From Kiritimatiellia bacterium (GTDB lineage Bacteria > Verrucomicrobiota > Kiritimatiellia > RFP12 > UBA1067), in assembly GCA_017406465.1 (NCBI GenBank), contig JAFQYM010000030.1, positions 31,684-95,683 of the forward strand: a stretch of DNA of 64,000 nt, in the 5' to 3' direction. Positions 63,201 through 64,000 of the stretch are shown here, one piece after another. Within the stretch, counting starts at the first letter, position 1. Every line of letters begins with the position of its first letter. The notes below the pieces were generated by a model. It did not search any database, was not told the origin of the DNA, and worked only from the letters and a program-made list of their open reading frames with translations. The position numbers were made by a program, and so were the translations under genes.

Positions 63201-64000
63201 GAGTGTCGATGATGAGATGGGTACGGTCTCTGGCTCTGGCGTCTATCCTTCTGGCGCCACTGTGAAGATTTCGGCAAAGGCAGCGAAAAAGTGTGTCTTC
63301 GCCGGATGGCTGGACGATGTGGACGGCTACCTGTTCGAGCCGATGGCCGAGACAGACGGTATCGACTGCCGCACGGCGACGGCGTCGTTTCCTTTCCGTC
63401 CGGACGACTTCCCCAGTAGATGTGCAGTCTATGCGGACTTCGCGTTGTCAGAGGATGACGGCCAGCCGTTTGAGATTGCCTTCGAGGACGGTGTCTGGGA
63501 AATTGACCCCGAGGCCCCGTCGCATTTCTGGTTCTACGTCGGCTCGCTGTCCCTGCCGAAGCTGACTGTCAAGAATCTGCCGAAGGGCGTTACAGTCGAT
63601 CTCGCCCGCGGATACTTATCGTATGTGCCGTCCGCGTCCGTTCAGCCTGGCATCTACTCCGTGTCGGTAACGGCGCAAAACCAGTCCAAGGCAAAGGCCA
63701 CGGACACCTTCGAGATACACGTCGCCAACCGCGAGACCGACATGATTTCTGGCCTCGACCCGTCGATGGATGCCTATCCGCTGTCTGTCGGCGTTGCGCT
63801 TGACCCATCTATCCTTGTTCCCGAGATTGCCGACGGCGCTTCGCTGTCGGTGAAGGGCCTTCCCGCAGGGCTTTCGTTCAAGAACGGCATTGTTTCCGGT
63901 GTGCCGACCAAGGCCGGCGACTACACGGTGACGTTCACGGCTGTCGAAGGCACTGGCAAGGCGAAGAAGACGGGCGTTGCCACGATTACTCTCCGTATCG
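60274..64000 (+). CDS. Giant secreted protein with putative Ig (He_PIG-like) and InlB B-like repeats, 3' truncated; absent from the supplied ORF track
   Basis: SD AGGAGG, ATG 60274 (MNRIRLVIMAFAALVAASATA). In frame at every point I checked up to ...ATITLRI at the window end. About ten (S/K)GLP.G units; G.VSGGG.Y..G....LKA.A.KG.VFAGW. Confidence 0.85.
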   Translation, partial: MNRIRLVIMAFAALVAASATAVTVAVDDSCVGMGSVSWKQTAVDGGTATLTLAAEAADGCAFSGWTVGGKDPEWDFDLRNPSVSNVVVPTNASVTAMFVAAWEDTLYFDFADDLSDLECGKAVDVQLFVDSASYPTLKFSGLPAGLYYDARTLSIRGTPTTPCSKTLVVTGSNGSGYKFSQTFDTSVSDISGERLVGQDVELSLGEYYHASFEEVFTCYAERVSTKLTGFPPGLEWRDSWDLLFGTPSVSGTFVLQATVKFPDGTSETATARMVVVAPSPSDYDVDLSGIEDLAVGDSLISGECEIGRYEDGIGIVSVKGLPRGLSIETWTDDSAKVYGIVGLVREPGRFSIHVVVKAMDGDDVKTIDTESVVFVSDSPGRYLKVSVDADSPDGSGSVSGGGVVSAASGATIKATAAKGNVFAGWFDADGEIAEMDDGVDYRSPSVSFGPDAEFEFMDLKGRFVPQGEDDTVEFEGLSDETFSFAADDSLAESFTVSSLSLPVLSATGLPTGVSIVPGEDGEYRLVYDGETIARRPSPGRYAVTITAVNQSKAKATATFLLVVENVYSDRIAVEDDYGEFVPDEAIEPIDLSGAVDFASGETLSVSGLPRGLVWNASKNAKTGAAAHTITGIPTQPGYYTLTFTAKVVSSVTTNGQGRVVSTFETATATAFLTVLPYPELSIEVYDDAAAAGCKVSGGGHYKVGTKATLKATAAKGWVFAGWDGVGETVPFASLAPTLSIETGQDDLYVGALFVQVEDDSLELLEPYDTENGFAAELELGVDVEETEYAYLVADLVDTVSLPAVSVSGLPAGVKFNAKTFALFGKPTKSGVYYATVTAKNAGGYSFVRVLRIAVLDADGELPQEAGLQNDAGIDFSPLDTLTTGVLCQEGDVVLEVGARPEVGTAVKKVSVSGVPSGLKAATVVVEGLGSIELTGTPSKPGRLTMVVTVTYEDGKTAKSQYAFNVEDGGSYYLSVLSVDDEMGTVSGSGVYPSGATVKISAKAAKKCVFAGWLDDVDGYLFEPMAETDGIDCRTATASFPFRPDDFPSRCAVYADFALSEDDGQPFEIAFEDGVWEIDPEAPSHFWFYVGSLSLPKLTVKNLPKGVTVDLARGYLSYVPSASVQPGIYSVSVTAQNQSKAKATDTFEIHVANRETDMISGLDPSMDAYPLSVGVALDPSILVPEIADGASLSVKGLPAGLSFKNGIVSGVPTKAGDYTVTFTAVEGTGKAKKTGVATITLRI

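Overview
High-GC bacterial chromosomal window, almost entirely + strand. Gene style suggests a gut/rumen PVC-superphylum organism such as Kiritimatiellae (inference, not database-checked). 1-42.8 kb is mostly housekeeping and carbohydrate genes: GH55, GH3, proA, nth, ybeY, cca, argS, tRNA-Ser, rbr, alpha-2-macroglobulin, rmuC, rnfG-like, uxaC, uxaA, amidase, hisS, epmA, proB, folB, tlyA, efp, metG, transporters and an N-domain-less clpB. It also holds a pseudopilin(GspG)-GH2 fusion followed by TadC, FHA and PEGA genes. 42.9-64 kb is a surface-protein island: a C10 peptidase-domain giant flanked by 100-bp direct repeats, a small Cys-rich secreted protein behind a ~220-nt structured leader, a PPIase lipoprotein, and giant secreted proteins sharing an unnamed C-terminal module (one with two CxxC thioredoxin-like domains; one ORF runs off the window end). 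Top hypotheses: (1) each direct repeat encodes an alternative-sigma-promoted ~60-nt sRNA whose seed is complementary (14 bp, one bulge) to the structured leader of the surface-protein operon; (2) the GspG-GH2 fusion; (3) a REP-like palindromic DNA element inserted in-frame, in different reading frames, in tlyA and metG, with a relative in the A2M gene. All family calls are by motif recognition only; no searches were run. No CRISPR array, integrase, transposase or rRNA was seen.
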